This document shows positions 9,091-19,047 of a DNA stretch of 64,000 bases, in pieces. This DNA comes from Deltaproteobacteria bacterium (lineage in GTDB: Bacteria; Myxococcota; Kuafuiibacteriia; Kuafuiibacteriales; Kuafuiibacteriaceae). The notes below the pieces were generated by a model. The model was not told the origin of the DNA. It searched no databases and saw nothing but the letters and a program-made list of their open reading frames with translations. The position numbers were made by a program, and so were the translations under genes. Numbering within the stretch: position 1 is the stretch's first letter; every line of letters begins with the position of its first letter. The DNA lies in NCBI GenBank assembly GCA_040218735.1, contig JAVJQW010000012.1, forward strand, positions 256,001 to 320,000. Direction: 5' to 3'.

Positions 9091-10020
9091 ATGATACGCA
9101 CCGACTCGCTCACCAAGTTCTACGGTCGTCGATGCGCGGTGAAGGACCTCACGGTTTCGATCGCCGAGCACGAAATCGTCGGGTTCCTCGGACTCAACGG
9201 CGCCGGAAAGACGACCACCCTGAGGATGCTCGCCGGCCTCCTCGCACCGTCCTCCGGACGGATCGAGATCAACGGCCGCGACGTCGCCGCCGACTCCGCC
9301 GAGCACCGCTGGCAAATCGGGTTCCTCCCCGAACGTCCGCCGCTCTACGACGACATGACCGTCCGCGGCTTCCTCGACTTCGCGGCGCGCCTGCGTGGCT
9401 ACGACGACGCCGCGGTCGATCGCCGCGTCGACGAAGTCACGGAGCTGTGCGCGCTCGGCGAGTACAAGGACGAGGTCATCGCCAACCTGTCGCACGGCTA
9501 CCGCCAACGTGTCGGGATCGGCCAGGCCGTCATCCACGAGCCGGCGCTCGTCATCCTCGACGAACCGATCAGCGGCCTCGACCCCGTACAGATCGTCGAG
9601 ATGCGCTCGCTGATCCGCAACCTCAAGGAGCGCCACACCGTGCTCCTCTCCAGCCACAACCTCCCGGAGATCGGTCAGACCTGCGACCGCCTGCTCGTCA
9701 TCCAGGGCGGGGAGCTCGTGATGACCGGCTCGGAGGCGGACCTCGCCGTCGGCGAGGGCGGGCGCTTCCGCGTCGAGGTGTCGGGCTCGAAGGCCGACGT
9801 CGACGCCGCGTTCGAGAAGATCACCAAGGGCGGCCTCCTCGACGAGGTGCGCGTGGAAGGCGAGGGCCCGTTCCACTGCGTCGTTCGAATCAAACAAGGC
9901 GAACCGGAGGAGCTGTCCCGCGCGCTCGTCGAGGCGGGCCTCGGCCTGCGCCGGATGCAACCCGCCGCGGCGGAGCTGGAGTCGTTGTTCATGAAGCTGA
10001 CGAAGGGAGGTGAGGCGTGA
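9091..10020 (+). CDS. ABC transporter ATP-binding protein (GldA-like)
   Basis: GLNGAGKTT, LSHGYRQRVG, ILDEP, SSH. Confidence 0.95.
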   Translation: MIRTDSLTKFYGRRCAVKDLTVSIAEHEIVGFLGLNGAGKTTTLRMLAGLLAPSSGRIEINGRDVAADSAEHRWQIGFLPERPPLYDDMTVRGFLDFAARLRGYDDAAVDRRVDEVTELCALGEYKDEVIANLSHGYRQRVGIGQAVIHEPALVILDEPISGLDPVQIVEMRSLIRNLKERHTVLLSSHNLPEIGQTCDRLLVIQGGELVMTGSEADLAVGEGGRFRVEVSGSKADVDAAFEKITKGGLLDEVRVEGEGPFHCVVRIKQGEPEELSRALVEAGLGLRRMQPAAAELESLFMKLTKGGEA

Positions 10021-10769
10021 GCGCTCGTAAACCGTCGGCCGTCTCGGGCATCACGCTGATCGTGAAGCGCGAGCTCGGCCAGTACGCGACCACCTGGATC
10101 GGGTACGTCATCATGGCCGCGCTGCTGTTGGTGTGTGGCCTGCTCTACAACGCGTTCGCGCTGGGCAGCTCGCCGAAGTACTCGGCCGACGTCCTGTCGG
10201 ACTACTTCTTCTTCACGAGCGGCTGCACGATCGTGGTGGGGCTGCTGCTATCGATGCGCCTCGTCGCGGAGGAACGCGACCGCGGCACGCTCCCGCTGCT
10301 CGCGACGTCGTACCTGTCGGACGGGCAGCTCGTCGTCGCGAAGTTCCTCTCGGCGTTCTCCGCGCTGAGCGTGTGGCTCGTGTTCACGCTGTACATGCCG
10401 GCGATGATCTTCATCAACGGCAAGGTCTCCGTCGGGCACATCTTCGCCGGCTACCTCGGGCTGCTGTTGCTCGGTGCGGTGTCGGTGTCGATCGGACTGT
10501 TCGGGTCGAGCCTGGTGAAGTCGCAGTTCGCGGCGTTTGTCATCGGCGCGGTCATCACGGTGGTGTTCCTGCTGCTGTGGATGACGTCGCGGGTCGTCGA
10601 CGGCGCGCTGGGTGACTTCATCAGCTACCTCGCCCTGCACGACAAACACTTCCGGCCGTTCATGGACGGCACGGTCACGACGTCGGCGGTGGTCTTCTAC
10701 CTCTCGCTGACGTTCTTCTTCCTGACGCTCTCCCGCAACGCGCTCGAAGGAAGGCGGTGGCGCCCGTGA
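10017..10769 (+). CDS. ABC-2 permease (GldF-like)
   Basis: Six hydrophobic segments; SMRLVAEERDRGTL; GTGA overlap with the ATPase gene. Confidence 0.92.
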   Translation: MSARKPSAVSGITLIVKRELGQYATTWIGYVIMAALLLVCGLLYNAFALGSSPKYSADVLSDYFFFTSGCTIVVGLLLSMRLVAEERDRGTLPLLATSYLSDGQLVVAKFLSAFSALSVWLVFTLYMPAMIFINGKVSVGHIFAGYLGLLLLGAVSVSIGLFGSSLVKSQFAAFVIGAVITVVFLLLWMTSRVVDGALGDFISYLALHDKHFRPFMDGTVTTSAVVFYLSLTFFFLTLSRNALEGRRWRP

Positions 10770-12598
10770 ACGACAAGCGGATCCATCAGCTGTGGCCCTC
10801 GTGGGCCATCCTCGTCGGCTGTGTGCTGCTCTACGTCGGCGAGCGGGTCTTCGACACAAACGAGACGATGCGCATGGCGCTCGGTATCTCGGGCGTCGTC
10901 CTCGTGCTCGCGGCCGTCGTCGTACGCGTCAACGAGATGCTCGCGGCGAGCCCCGACAAGAAACCCGTCGCGCAGCGCATCCTCTTCGCGACCCTCGGCG
11001 TCGCCGCGGCGCTCGCGCTGTACGGGATGATCGCGTTTGTCTTCGACGGCGACGACGACGCGGCCAAACGTACGCGCGGCACGCTGTGGGGCCTGTGGCC
11101 GACGCTGCTCGTCGTGTCGGCCTCGCCGCTCATCGCGCTCGAAGTCGCGGTCGCGTCCGTCGCGTTCAACCCGCGGTACGAGCTGACGCGCGTTCGCAAC
11201 GCGTTCTCGCGCGGTCTCTCGCTCGGGCTGTTCCTCGGGGCGCTCGTGTTCGCGAACTACATCGCAAACGAGAAGAACGAGAAGTACGAGCTGTCCGCCG
11301 AGAACACCACGCGGGCGTCGACGCAGACGCAGCAGGCGGTACGAGACCTCACCAAAGAGGTCCGTGTGGTCTTGTTCTACGCGCGCGCCAACGAGGTCGC
11401 GGAGACGCTGGACCGGTACTTCGAGCCGCTCGCGGCGTCGAACCCGAACCTGAAGATCGAGCGCGTCGATCACGCCCTCGCGGGAGAGCTCGCGAAGGAG
11501 ACCGGCGTGACCGAGAACGGCTACGTCGCGCTGATCGGGGACGGCTCGAAGGACAAGATTCGCGTGGGGACGAAGGCCCGCAGCGCGCGCTCGGCGCTGC
11601 GGCGGTTCGACGAGAACTTCCTCAAGGCGCTCGTGAAGGTCACGACGCAGAAGCGCATCGCGTACATCGTGACCGGTCACGGCGAGCGGGCGACGAAGAC
11701 CGCGGACAAGGAAGACAAACGCGCCACGATGAAGTCGCTGAAGCGGCAGCTCGAGGCGTGGCAGTTCACGGTGAAGACACTCGGCGTCGCGGACGGGCTC
11801 GGGGCCGAGATGCCGAAGGACGACGGCATCATCTTCATCTTCGGGCCGGACAAGGAGCTGCTGGAGTCCGAGGCGCAGACGCTCGTGAAGGGCACGGCGA
11901 AGGGCGCACGTATCTTCATCACGCTGGACGGCGACGCGGACAGCGCGAAGCTCGACGCGCTCCTCAACCCGCTCGGCGTGAAGTTCGACAACACACGCCT
12001 CGCGAACGAGCGCGTCTACGCGCGGCTGACGCGCACGGACGCAGACGTCGAGAACCTCGTGTCGAACAAGTACAGCTCCCACGCTTCGGTCACGACGATG
12101 ACGCGCAACGCGCGCGAGCTGCCGACGCTGCTGTCGACGGTCGGTTCGTTGTCGCAGGTCGAGGAAGGGAAGCTGGAGCGCGTGAAGACGGACCTCGTCC
12201 TCAAGGCGATGGACGACACGTTCCAGGACAACAACGGCAACCGGAAGCTCGACGAGGGTGAGAAGAAGGACCGCTTCGGGATCGCCGCGGCGATCACGCG
12301 CACGTCGACCACAGGCAAGAAGGACGACGAGGCGCGGATCTTCGTGCTCGCGGACAGCGACGTGGTGGCGGACGACCTGCTGAAGGTCGCGCAGGGCAAC
12401 ATCTATCTCTTCCGTGACGCGGTGGCGTGGCTGCAGCGTTCGGTCGATCCGGTGGTGCCCACGGTGACGGAGAAGGACGTGAAGATCGTGCACAAGAAGG
12501 AGGACGACTCGCTGTTGTTCCTCGGCACGACGTTCCTCGTACCCGCGGCGGTGATGCTGCTCGGGTACTTCGGGACGCGACGGAGGCGTCGGTCATGA
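10766..12598 (+). CDS. GldG-like ABC auxiliary protein with extra N-terminal TM helices
   Basis: IAYIVTGHGE, IFGPDKEL, RIFVLADSD, GNIYLFRDAVAWL; C-terminal TM segment followed by RRRR. Confidence 0.85.
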   Translation: MNDKRIHQLWPSWAILVGCVLLYVGERVFDTNETMRMALGISGVVLVLAAVVVRVNEMLAASPDKKPVAQRILFATLGVAAALALYGMIAFVFDGDDDAAKRTRGTLWGLWPTLLVVSASPLIALEVAVASVAFNPRYELTRVRNAFSRGLSLGLFLGALVFANYIANEKNEKYELSAENTTRASTQTQQAVRDLTKEVRVVLFYARANEVAETLDRYFEPLAASNPNLKIERVDHALAGELAKETGVTENGYVALIGDGSKDKIRVGTKARSARSALRRFDENFLKALVKVTTQKRIAYIVTGHGERATKTADKEDKRATMKSLKRQLEAWQFTVKTLGVADGLGAEMPKDDGIIFIFGPDKELLESEAQTLVKGTAKGARIFITLDGDADSAKLDALLNPLGVKFDNTRLANERVYARLTRTDADVENLVSNKYSSHASVTTMTRNARELPTLLSTVGSLSQVEEGKLERVKTDLVLKAMDDTFQDNNGNRKLDEGEKKDRFGIAAAITRTSTTGKKDDEARIFVLADSDVVADDLLKVAQGNIYLFRDAVAWLQRSVDPVVPTVTEKDVKIVHKKEDDSLLFLGTTFLVPAAVMLLGYFGTRRRRRS

Positions 12599-13545
12599 GT
12601 GAAGTGAAGGTCTACGCAGTGCTCCTCGTGGGGCTGATGATCGGCGCGTACCTCACGTGGACGGACGAGGACGACAAGGCCACCACGGACAAGGTGACGA
12701 TCGTGGATGCGAAGGTCGAGCAGATCGAGCGCATCCAGTACTTCACGAAGACGCAGACGATCGCGATCGGGTTCAAGGACCTCGGCGGCGAGCGGACCCC
12801 GTGGTTCGAGATGGACTCGCGTTCGAAGCCACGCGCGTTCGTCGGCAACGAGAAGACGAAGGATCTCCTCGAGCCGTTCGCGCCCTTCGAGGCGCTGCGC
12901 ACGCTCGGCAAGCAGCTGTCGGAGGACGAGCTGAAGACGACGGAGCTGGACGGCACGAAGAAGAAGCTGATCCTGACGATCGCCGGCAAGGACCGCACGT
13001 TCGACATCGGCGGTCGCACCAGCGGCGCGCGTGATCACTACGTCCGCGCGACCGGGGGCGACGAGGTCTACCTGGTCGGCTCCAAGGTGCTCGGCGACCT
13101 CGAGTACCCCGAGGGCAAGTTCATGCAGCGCAAGCTGCGCGTCGCCGACAAGAAGGAGGTCGACAAGGTCGTGGTCGCCGCCAACGGCAAGACCGCGACG
13201 GCGTTCCAGAAGAACAAACTCTCCCCGCGGGATGCGTTCTGGGCGCGCGAAGGCTCCGAGGACAAGGACGAGACGCTCGGTAACTTCCTCGACAAGCTCG
13301 ACAAGCTGTCGGCCATCGAATACCCGGCGGACGCGGACGAGAAGTTCGAAGCCGCGCAGACGGTGCTCGAAGCGAGCTGGTACGGCGAGGACGGCAAGGA
13401 GCTGGGACGCGTGAAGATCGCGCGCGACGGCGAAGGCAAGAAGGCCGACTTCTACGCGCTGTCGACCGCGACGAAGAAGCCGGTGAAGGTCTCCCGGTTC
13501 ACCGCGGAGCAGCTCGAGACGAGCCTCGCCGCGGTCCTCCAGTAG
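12595..13545 (+). CDS. DUF4340-type membrane-anchored protein
   Basis: ATGA overlap; N-terminal TM; IGGRT...YVR...VYLV pattern; fourth gene of a GldAFG-type operon. Confidence 0.75.
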   Translation: MSEVKVYAVLLVGLMIGAYLTWTDEDDKATTDKVTIVDAKVEQIERIQYFTKTQTIAIGFKDLGGERTPWFEMDSRSKPRAFVGNEKTKDLLEPFAPFEALRTLGKQLSEDELKTTELDGTKKKLILTIAGKDRTFDIGGRTSGARDHYVRATGGDEVYLVGSKVLGDLEYPEGKFMQRKLRVADKKEVDKVVVAANGKTATAFQKNKLSPRDAFWAREGSEDKDETLGNFLDKLDKLSAIEYPADADEKFEAAQTVLEASWYGEDGKELGRVKIARDGEGKKADFYALSTATKKPVKVSRFTAEQLETSLAAVLQ

Positions 13546-13551
13546 ACCCCG

Positions 13552-14367
13552 TCACTCCTCCTCGTCGGGGAACGGCCCCAGATCGATCTTGATGGCGCGC
13601 GTCGCGATGTGCGTCGGCAGGTGTTTGTCGATCGCGTCCTTCTTGTCACGCCCGTAGTCCTCGAACATATGCGTCAAGGACAGCCCGGCCGCGAGCTGGC
13701 CGCCGATCTGGTCTTCGAGCGAGTGCGCGTACACCAGCGGCTCGTTCTTTTCGGTGTATCGCTTCTTCTCTTCCTCGCTGAGGTCGTCGGGCTCCGAGAA
13801 GGGCATCGCGTACTTCAGCGTGGTCACGCCCTCTTCCGCGGCGTCCGGATCCACGAGGAGGGCGACCGGGTTCGTGAAGCCCGCGAGGAGGAGGCCGTCC
13901 GGGGCGAGCACCCGCGCGACCTCGCGCCACACCGGGAGCACCACCGGCGAGAAGCAGTTCGAGACCGGGTGGAACACGAGGTCGAACGTCTCGTCGGGGA
14001 AGGCCGACAGATCCGCCATGTCGCCTTGGACCGTGTCGATCTCGAAGCCGTCGCGCTCCGCCACCATCTGGTCGCGTTCGAGCTGTTTCTCCGACGCATC
14101 GAACACGGTCACGTCGGCGCCGACCGCGGAGAAGATCGGACCCTGCTGACCACCGCCGGACGCGAGCGCGAGGATCCGCACGCCGCTCATGTCCGGCGGG
14201 AACCACTCGCGAGGGACCGGGATGTTCGGCGTGAGGACCACCGACCAGTCGCCCTCACGCGCCCGGTTGATCTCCTCCGTGGACACCGGGAGCGTCCACT
14301 CGTTGCCGTCCTCGACCTGCTGATCCCAGGCCTGCTGGTTGTACCGTCGCGCGTCGTCGTCGGACAT
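13552..14367 (-). CDS. Class I SAM-dependent methyltransferase
   Basis: ILALASGGGQQG, VFDAS, QGDMADL, FDLVFHPVS. Confidence 0.92.
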   Translation of the reverse strand: MSDDDARRYNQQAWDQQVEDGNEWTLPVSTEEINRAREGDWSVVLTPNIPVPREWFPPDMSGVRILALASGGGQQGPIFSAVGADVTVFDASEKQLERDQMVAERDGFEIDTVQGDMADLSAFPDETFDLVFHPVSNCFSPVVLPVWREVARVLAPDGLLLAGFTNPVALLVDPDAAEEGVTTLKYAMPFSEPDDLSEEEKKRYTEKNEPLVYAHSLEDQIGGQLAAGLSLTHMFEDYGRDKKDAIDKHLPTHIATRAIKIDLGPFPDEEE

Positions 14368-14414
14368 GCCCCTCGATCGGTCATCGCGAACACCCCGTCA
14401 AGGGCCCGGGCCTC

Positions 14415-16316
14415 GTGCATAATCGAACCTTGGTCGACGCGCTCGAAGACGAACACCTGTCGCGCCTCGAAGCGCTGCTCGAGCTCGAGGCGCGCGCGGA
14501 GGCGGAACGCGCCAAGGCGCGCGCCGAGCGGCTCAGCCCCGCCGACGCCGAGCGCGTGGGGATCAGCCTCGTCGATCTCGTCGTCGAAGACGCCTACGGC
14601 GGCCTGGGTGGGCTCTATGTCCTCAAGCTGAAGAAACGCACCGTCGGGCGCGCCCTCCCCTGGACGCGCATCGGCGCGGGGGACCCCGTCGTGCTCACGC
14701 GCGAGGAGGACGGCGAGACCATCGCGCGCGGCGTGGTGTCGGTGCGGCGTACGAGTCACGTCGCGGTCGCGCTGTCCGAGCCGCCGGACGTCGAAGACGA
14801 CGAGCGGCTGCGCATCGATCTGTCGTCCGACGAGATCACGAGCAAGCGACAACGCGAAGCCCTGCGGCGCGTACGCACCGCCAAGGGCGACCGCCTCGCC
14901 GAGCTGCGCGGCGTGTTGATCGGCGAGGCCCCTCCGCTGTTCGAAGAGCTGGGAGAGGTCTCGGCGCCGCTCAACGACGCCCAGCTCCGCGCGGTCGCGC
15001 TCGCGATGTCGGCGCGCGACGTCGCGCTGATCCACGGGCCGCCCGGCACCGGGAAGACGCGCACCGTCGTCGCGCTGATCGTCGAGGCGGTTCGCCAAGG
15101 GCAGCGTGTGCTCGCGTGCGCGCCGAGCAACCTCGCGGTCGACAACATCGTGGAGCGCCTCGCCCCGCACGGGCTCGACGTCGTGCGCACCGGTCACCCC
15201 GCGCGCATCCTCCCCGCGGTGCACGACGCCGCACTCGCGTTCCGCGTCGAAAAACACGAGGACGTCCGCCTGTCGCGCAACCTCGTGAAAGACGCGCTGA
15301 AGCTCTACCGAAAGTCCGACAAGAAGACACGCACGCGGATGGCGCGACGCGAACGACAGGAGCTACGGCAAGAGGCGAAGCAGCTCATGAAGGAGGCGCG
15401 GCGCCTGGAGCGCGGCGCCGTGGAGCGGCTGCTCGCGAACGCGGACGTGGTGTGCTCGACGACGTCGATCGACGACCACCTCGTGCACGGTCAGCGCTTC
15501 GATCTCGCGGTCATCGACGAAGCCGCCCAGTCCACCGAACCCGGATCGTGGCCGCCCTTGCTCTACGCCGACCGCGCGGTGCTCGCGGGCGACCACCAGC
15601 AGCTCGCAGCGACGGTGATCTCCAGCGAAGCCGCGCGCGAGGGCTTCGGCGTGAGCCTCTTCGAGCGGACGATCGCGCGCCACCCGGAGGCCGCGGTTCG
15701 GCTCGCGCGGCAGTACCGGATGAACGAAGCGATCATGCGCTTCTCCTCCGACGCCCTCTACGACGGCGCGCTCGTCGCCGACGCGTCCGTCGCCGGCCAC
15801 CAACTGGTGGGCCTCCAAGGCGTCGCGGAGGACCTCCTCACCACGGCGCCGCTCCACATGATCGACACGGCGGGCGCGGGGTGGGCGGAGATGATCGAGC
15901 CGGACGGCGAGAGCCGCCTCAACGAAGACGAGGCGCAGCTCGCCGCGAAGAAGGTGCGCGCGTGGATCGAGCTGGGCGTAAGGGGCGAGGACATCGGCGT
16001 CATCACCCCCTACGCCGCGCAGGCGAGGCGCGTCCGCGAGCTGGTCGACGACGCCACCGTGGAGGTCGACACCGTCGACGGCTTTCAAGGGCGCGAGAAG
16101 GAGGCGATCCTGATCTCCCTCGTCCGCTCCAACGAGGATGGTGAGATCGGGTTCCTCGCCGACGTCCGCCGAATGAACGTCGCCCTCACCCGCGCGCGCC
16201 GCAAGCTCCTGGTGATCGGCGACAGCGCGACGCTCGCGGGCAACGACTTCTACGGCCGGCTCTTCGAATACATCGAAGAGAACGGCACCTACGCCACGGT
16301 CTGGGAAGAGCTCTGA
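14415..16316 (+). CDS. Superfamily 1B helicase (IGHMBP2/DNA2/Upf1-like)
   Basis: GPPGTGKT, CAPSNLAVD, DEAAQ, GDHQQL, QYRMN, TVDGFQGREK, RRMNVALTRAR. Confidence 0.93.
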   Translation: MHNRTLVDALEDEHLSRLEALLELEARAEAERAKARAERLSPADAERVGISLVDLVVEDAYGGLGGLYVLKLKKRTVGRALPWTRIGAGDPVVLTREEDGETIARGVVSVRRTSHVAVALSEPPDVEDDERLRIDLSSDEITSKRQREALRRVRTAKGDRLAELRGVLIGEAPPLFEELGEVSAPLNDAQLRAVALAMSARDVALIHGPPGTGKTRTVVALIVEAVRQGQRVLACAPSNLAVDNIVERLAPHGLDVVRTGHPARILPAVHDAALAFRVEKHEDVRLSRNLVKDALKLYRKSDKKTRTRMARRERQELRQEAKQLMKEARRLERGAVERLLANADVVCSTTSIDDHLVHGQRFDLAVIDEAAQSTEPGSWPPLLYADRAVLAGDHQQLAATVISSEAAREGFGVSLFERTIARHPEAAVRLARQYRMNEAIMRFSSDALYDGALVADASVAGHQLVGLQGVAEDLLTTAPLHMIDTAGAGWAEMIEPDGESRLNEDEAQLAAKKVRAWIELGVRGEDIGVITPYAAQARRVRELVDDATVEVDTVDGFQGREKEAILISLVRSNEDGEIGFLADVRRMNVALTRARRKLLVIGDSATLAGNDFYGRLFEYIEENGTYATVWEEL

Positions 16317-17215
16317 CGCGGGTGTCGCCGCCGGAGCAGCACCATGCTGCGCCCCGCGCGGTGCCTCAACACCAACGGCACCGCGAGGAACGGCGAGAGG
16401 CCCGCGAAGAAGAGGCACGTGTACAGCACGTGGATCTGCTGCGGCTGGTCCGGGAAGAAGAAGTGGAACAGCAGCAGCGCGATGCCGGTGTTGCGCACCA
16501 CGACCTCGACGGAGAGCGCGAGGTTGTCGTCGTCGTAGCGCCCCGCGAGGCGCGCGACCTGCGGCGTGATGAGCGCGAGCAGGACGCCGAACCCGACGAT
16601 CGTCAGGGGCGGCCCGAAGCCGTACGCGGCGACCTCGATGCGCCCGCTCCCGAGTGAGCTCACGACGAGCAGTGCGATGATGGCGACGCTCGCGCGGATC
16701 GACCACTGCGAGAACGCCAGCGCTCGCGTCGGCGCGAAGCGCAGCACCGCCATCCCGACCAGCAGCGGCACGAGCAGGAACGCGACGATGTCACGAACGA
16801 TCCGTGCGTACGGGAACGCAAAGTCCGGCGGGAGGTGCTCCTGCGCCAACAGGCCGAGGACCACCGGGACCGTCGCCATGCAGAGGAACGTCGTCGTGGT
16901 CGTCACCGCGATCGACAGCGGCACACTCCCCTTGCCGAGGTACGTGAAGAGGTTCGACATCGCGCCGCCGGGGACCGCCGCGACGAGGATGAGCCCGACC
17001 GCCCAGCCGTCGGAGAGACCGAGCACCGCGATGTACGCCGCGGCGAGCGCCGGCACGACGAGCAGTTGGAGCCCGAGCCCGAGCGCGAGACCTTTGGGGT
17101 GTTGCAGGACGAGCGCGAAGTCGGCGACGCGAAGGGTCGCGCCCATCCCGACCATCGCCAGCAGGAGCTGCACCGGGATGAGGTACGCCTCCGCGAAGAC
17201 CTGAAAGCTCTGCAC
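16289..17215 (-). CDS. Bile acid:sodium symporter family protein
   Basis: MVGMGATL, QLLVVPAL, PGGAMSN, EVVVRN; multiple TM segments. Confidence 0.92.
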   Translation of the reverse strand: MQSFQVFAEAYLIPVQLLLAMVGMGATLRVADFALVLQHPKGLALGLGLQLLVVPALAAAYIAVLGLSDGWAVGLILVAAVPGGAMSNLFTYLGKGSVPLSIAVTTTTTFLCMATVPVVLGLLAQEHLPPDFAFPYARIVRDIVAFLLVPLLVGMAVLRFAPTRALAFSQWSIRASVAIIALLVVSSLGSGRIEVAAYGFGPPLTIVGFGVLLALITPQVARLAGRYDDDNLALSVEVVVRNTGIALLLFHFFFPDQPQQIHVLYTCLFFAGLSPFLAVPLVLRHRAGRSMVLLRRRHPRQSSSQTVA

Positions 17216-17219
17216 GCGT

Positions 17220-17615
17220 TCAGTCGTCGTCGTCGTCGTCGTCGGATTCGGCGGCGGCTTCCGCGGCGGCGGAGATCATCTCCACGGCCTCCCGGAAGTT
17301 CTCCTCGACCACCGTCGCGGCGAAGTCCCGGGCTTCGAGGTCGGCTTGTTTGTCGGTCGCGAGCTTCTTGGCCTGGCTCCACAGCGTGCGGAGCTGGGAG
17401 TCGACGGACTCGTTCAACCCGAACTCGTCGCGGAGCCGCTGCTGCCAGTTGGCCCCCGCCTGGGCCCCAAACGCGTGTTTCATCAGGATCTGCGTCTTGG
17501 CCTGATCGGGCGTCGGGAGCTCGCCGATCGCCGCGAGCACGTAGTTTTCGAGGAGCAGGACTATGGGTTTCTTCGCGCTCAAGCTCGACCTCGGACCGTG
17601 AGTGAATACTATCAT
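17220..17615 (-). CDS. Hypothetical protein (start may be TTG near 17582)
   Basis: Protein-like composition (KPIVLLLENYVLAAIGEL...FAATVVEENF) with an acidic tail; stop lies 4 bp upstream of the symporter start. Confidence 0.7.
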   Translation of the reverse strand: MIVFTHGPRSSLSAKKPIVLLLENYVLAAIGELPTPDQAKTQILMKHAFGAQAGANWQQRLRDEFGLNESVDSQLRTLWSQAKKLATDKQADLEARDFAATVVEENFREAVEMISAAAEAAAESDDDDDDD

Positions 17616-17623
17616 CGCGACCC

Positions 17624-18925
17624 GTGCGCCGCCCGTTTTCTGTCCTCACGCCGTCTCTCGCCATCGCGGCGACGCTCGCCGTGCTGGGCCCCCGGACCGC
17701 CGAGGCCGGCGACGGGTTCCTCGCCGTCGGGCGCTTCGACGAACACGGTAAGGCGGTCGCCGGTCACGGCCGCGTCCTCGCCCGGGCGCTCCGCGCCGAG
17801 CTGTCGCAATCCGGAGCCTTCGATCTCGTCGCCGACGACCGCGCCAAACGAGCGGCGCTCGATCGCATCAAGAAGGACCTCTCCCGAATCACGGACGACG
17901 CGCACTGGATCGAGGTCGGCAACGCCGTCGGCGCGACGCACCTCCTGCTCGGCGAAGTCCAAGAGGACCGCAACACCTGCCTCGCGTTCGCGCAGCTCAT
18001 CCACCTCGAGAGCCAGAAGACCAAGGTCACGCGGCCCGAGTACTATGACTGCACGCGCTCCGACCTCGTGCAGGTCGCGGGGGACCTGTCGATGCAGCTC
18101 GTCGGTCGTCGCGCGTCGAAGCCGACCAACCGCTCCCACCTCGTCGCGCGGCAACGCCCGGTGCGGATCGCGATGCGCGACAAGACCGCCGTCGTCGACG
18201 ACAAGCGCTACACCTTCTTCGAAGGGGAGATCGTCCCGGACGATCGACGCCCGACGGAAACGGCACCCCCCGCGAGCCCGCCGCCGGCCGCCCCGACGGC
18301 ACCGCCCGCTCCCCCGACTGCACCACCGCCCCAGGACCACCAGTCCTACTCCCCTGCGCCCGAGGCCTGGCGACCGCCCTTCGATTTGAAGCGCTGGCCC
18401 GGCCTCGACGTGCCCGAGGACGGCTATACGATCCACCACCTCGCGCGGCTCGTCTCCGCGAAGCGCGAGATGTTCGCGAGCGCGCTCCTCGTGCTCCCGC
18501 TGGTGCTCGTGTTGATCGGCGGCATCGTCACGCGCGTCGAGGAACGCATCGGGCACGCCGTTCTGCGCTACGGCTTCTTCATCTCGGTGCTCGCCGTGTC
18601 GCTCGAGCTCGCAACCGTCGCCTTCTATCAGTGGATCCTCGGCCGCAGCATCCTGCTCGACGCGGACCCGATCCTGCTCGCCGCCCCGCCGGTGAGCGTC
18701 GCGCTGTGGTGGATCGGCGTGCGGCTGGTACGCGCGAAGGACGCCATCGGCCTGCTCCGCCAGATCCCCTGGACGATCATCTCCGCCGCATACTTCCTCG
18801 GGCTGCTCCTGGTCGCGTCGCAGACGCCGCTCCCGCTGTACGCGATCGGCGGCGCCGTCGTGGTGTTCTTCGTGATGATGCGCGTCCTGTTCGCGCTCCG
18901 ACGCCGACGCGCCGACGCCACCTGA
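17624..18925 (+). CDS. Hypothetical membrane protein: signal peptide, CsgG/TolB-N-like extracytoplasmic domain, Pro-rich linker, about 5 TM helices
   Basis: Signal ...TAEA; EVGNAVGATHLLLGEV...AQLIHLES; PPAAP linker; hydrophobic C-terminal half. Confidence 0.65.
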   Translation: MRRPFSVLTPSLAIAATLAVLGPRTAEAGDGFLAVGRFDEHGKAVAGHGRVLARALRAELSQSGAFDLVADDRAKRAALDRIKKDLSRITDDAHWIEVGNAVGATHLLLGEVQEDRNTCLAFAQLIHLESQKTKVTRPEYYDCTRSDLVQVAGDLSMQLVGRRASKPTNRSHLVARQRPVRIAMRDKTAVVDDKRYTFFEGEIVPDDRRPTETAPPASPPPAAPTAPPAPPTAPPPQDHQSYSPAPEAWRPPFDLKRWPGLDVPEDGYTIHHLARLVSAKREMFASALLVLPLVLVLIGGIVTRVEERIGHAVLRYGFFISVLAVSLELATVAFYQWILGRSILLDADPILLAAPPVSVALWWIGVRLVRAKDAIGLLRQIPWTIISAAYFLGLLLVASQTPLPLYAIGGAVVVFFVMMRVLFALRRRRADAT

Positions 18926-18954
18926 GTGGGCAGCGCTGAGCCGCCCGCACCGCC

Positions 18955-19031
18955 GAGGGTGCAGACCTCGACCGGACTGCACACCCTCCGCGCCCCCTTC
19001 CATCGCGACGGTGACTGGTACGCGGTGTGCT
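18955..19031 (+). promoter_or_regulatory. Sigma54 (-24/-12)-like promoter with an upstream inverted repeat
   Basis: TGGTACGCGGTGTGCT at 19016-19031 (GG-N10-GC); GTGCAG-N12-CTGCAC at 18959-18982. Confidence 0.55.
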
Positions 19032-19047
19032 CCATGAGCGCACCGAG

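Noticed and set aside
14415-16316. SF1 helicase as part of an anti-phage defence system
   Set aside because: No nuclease fusion or defence neighbours; housekeeping-like context.
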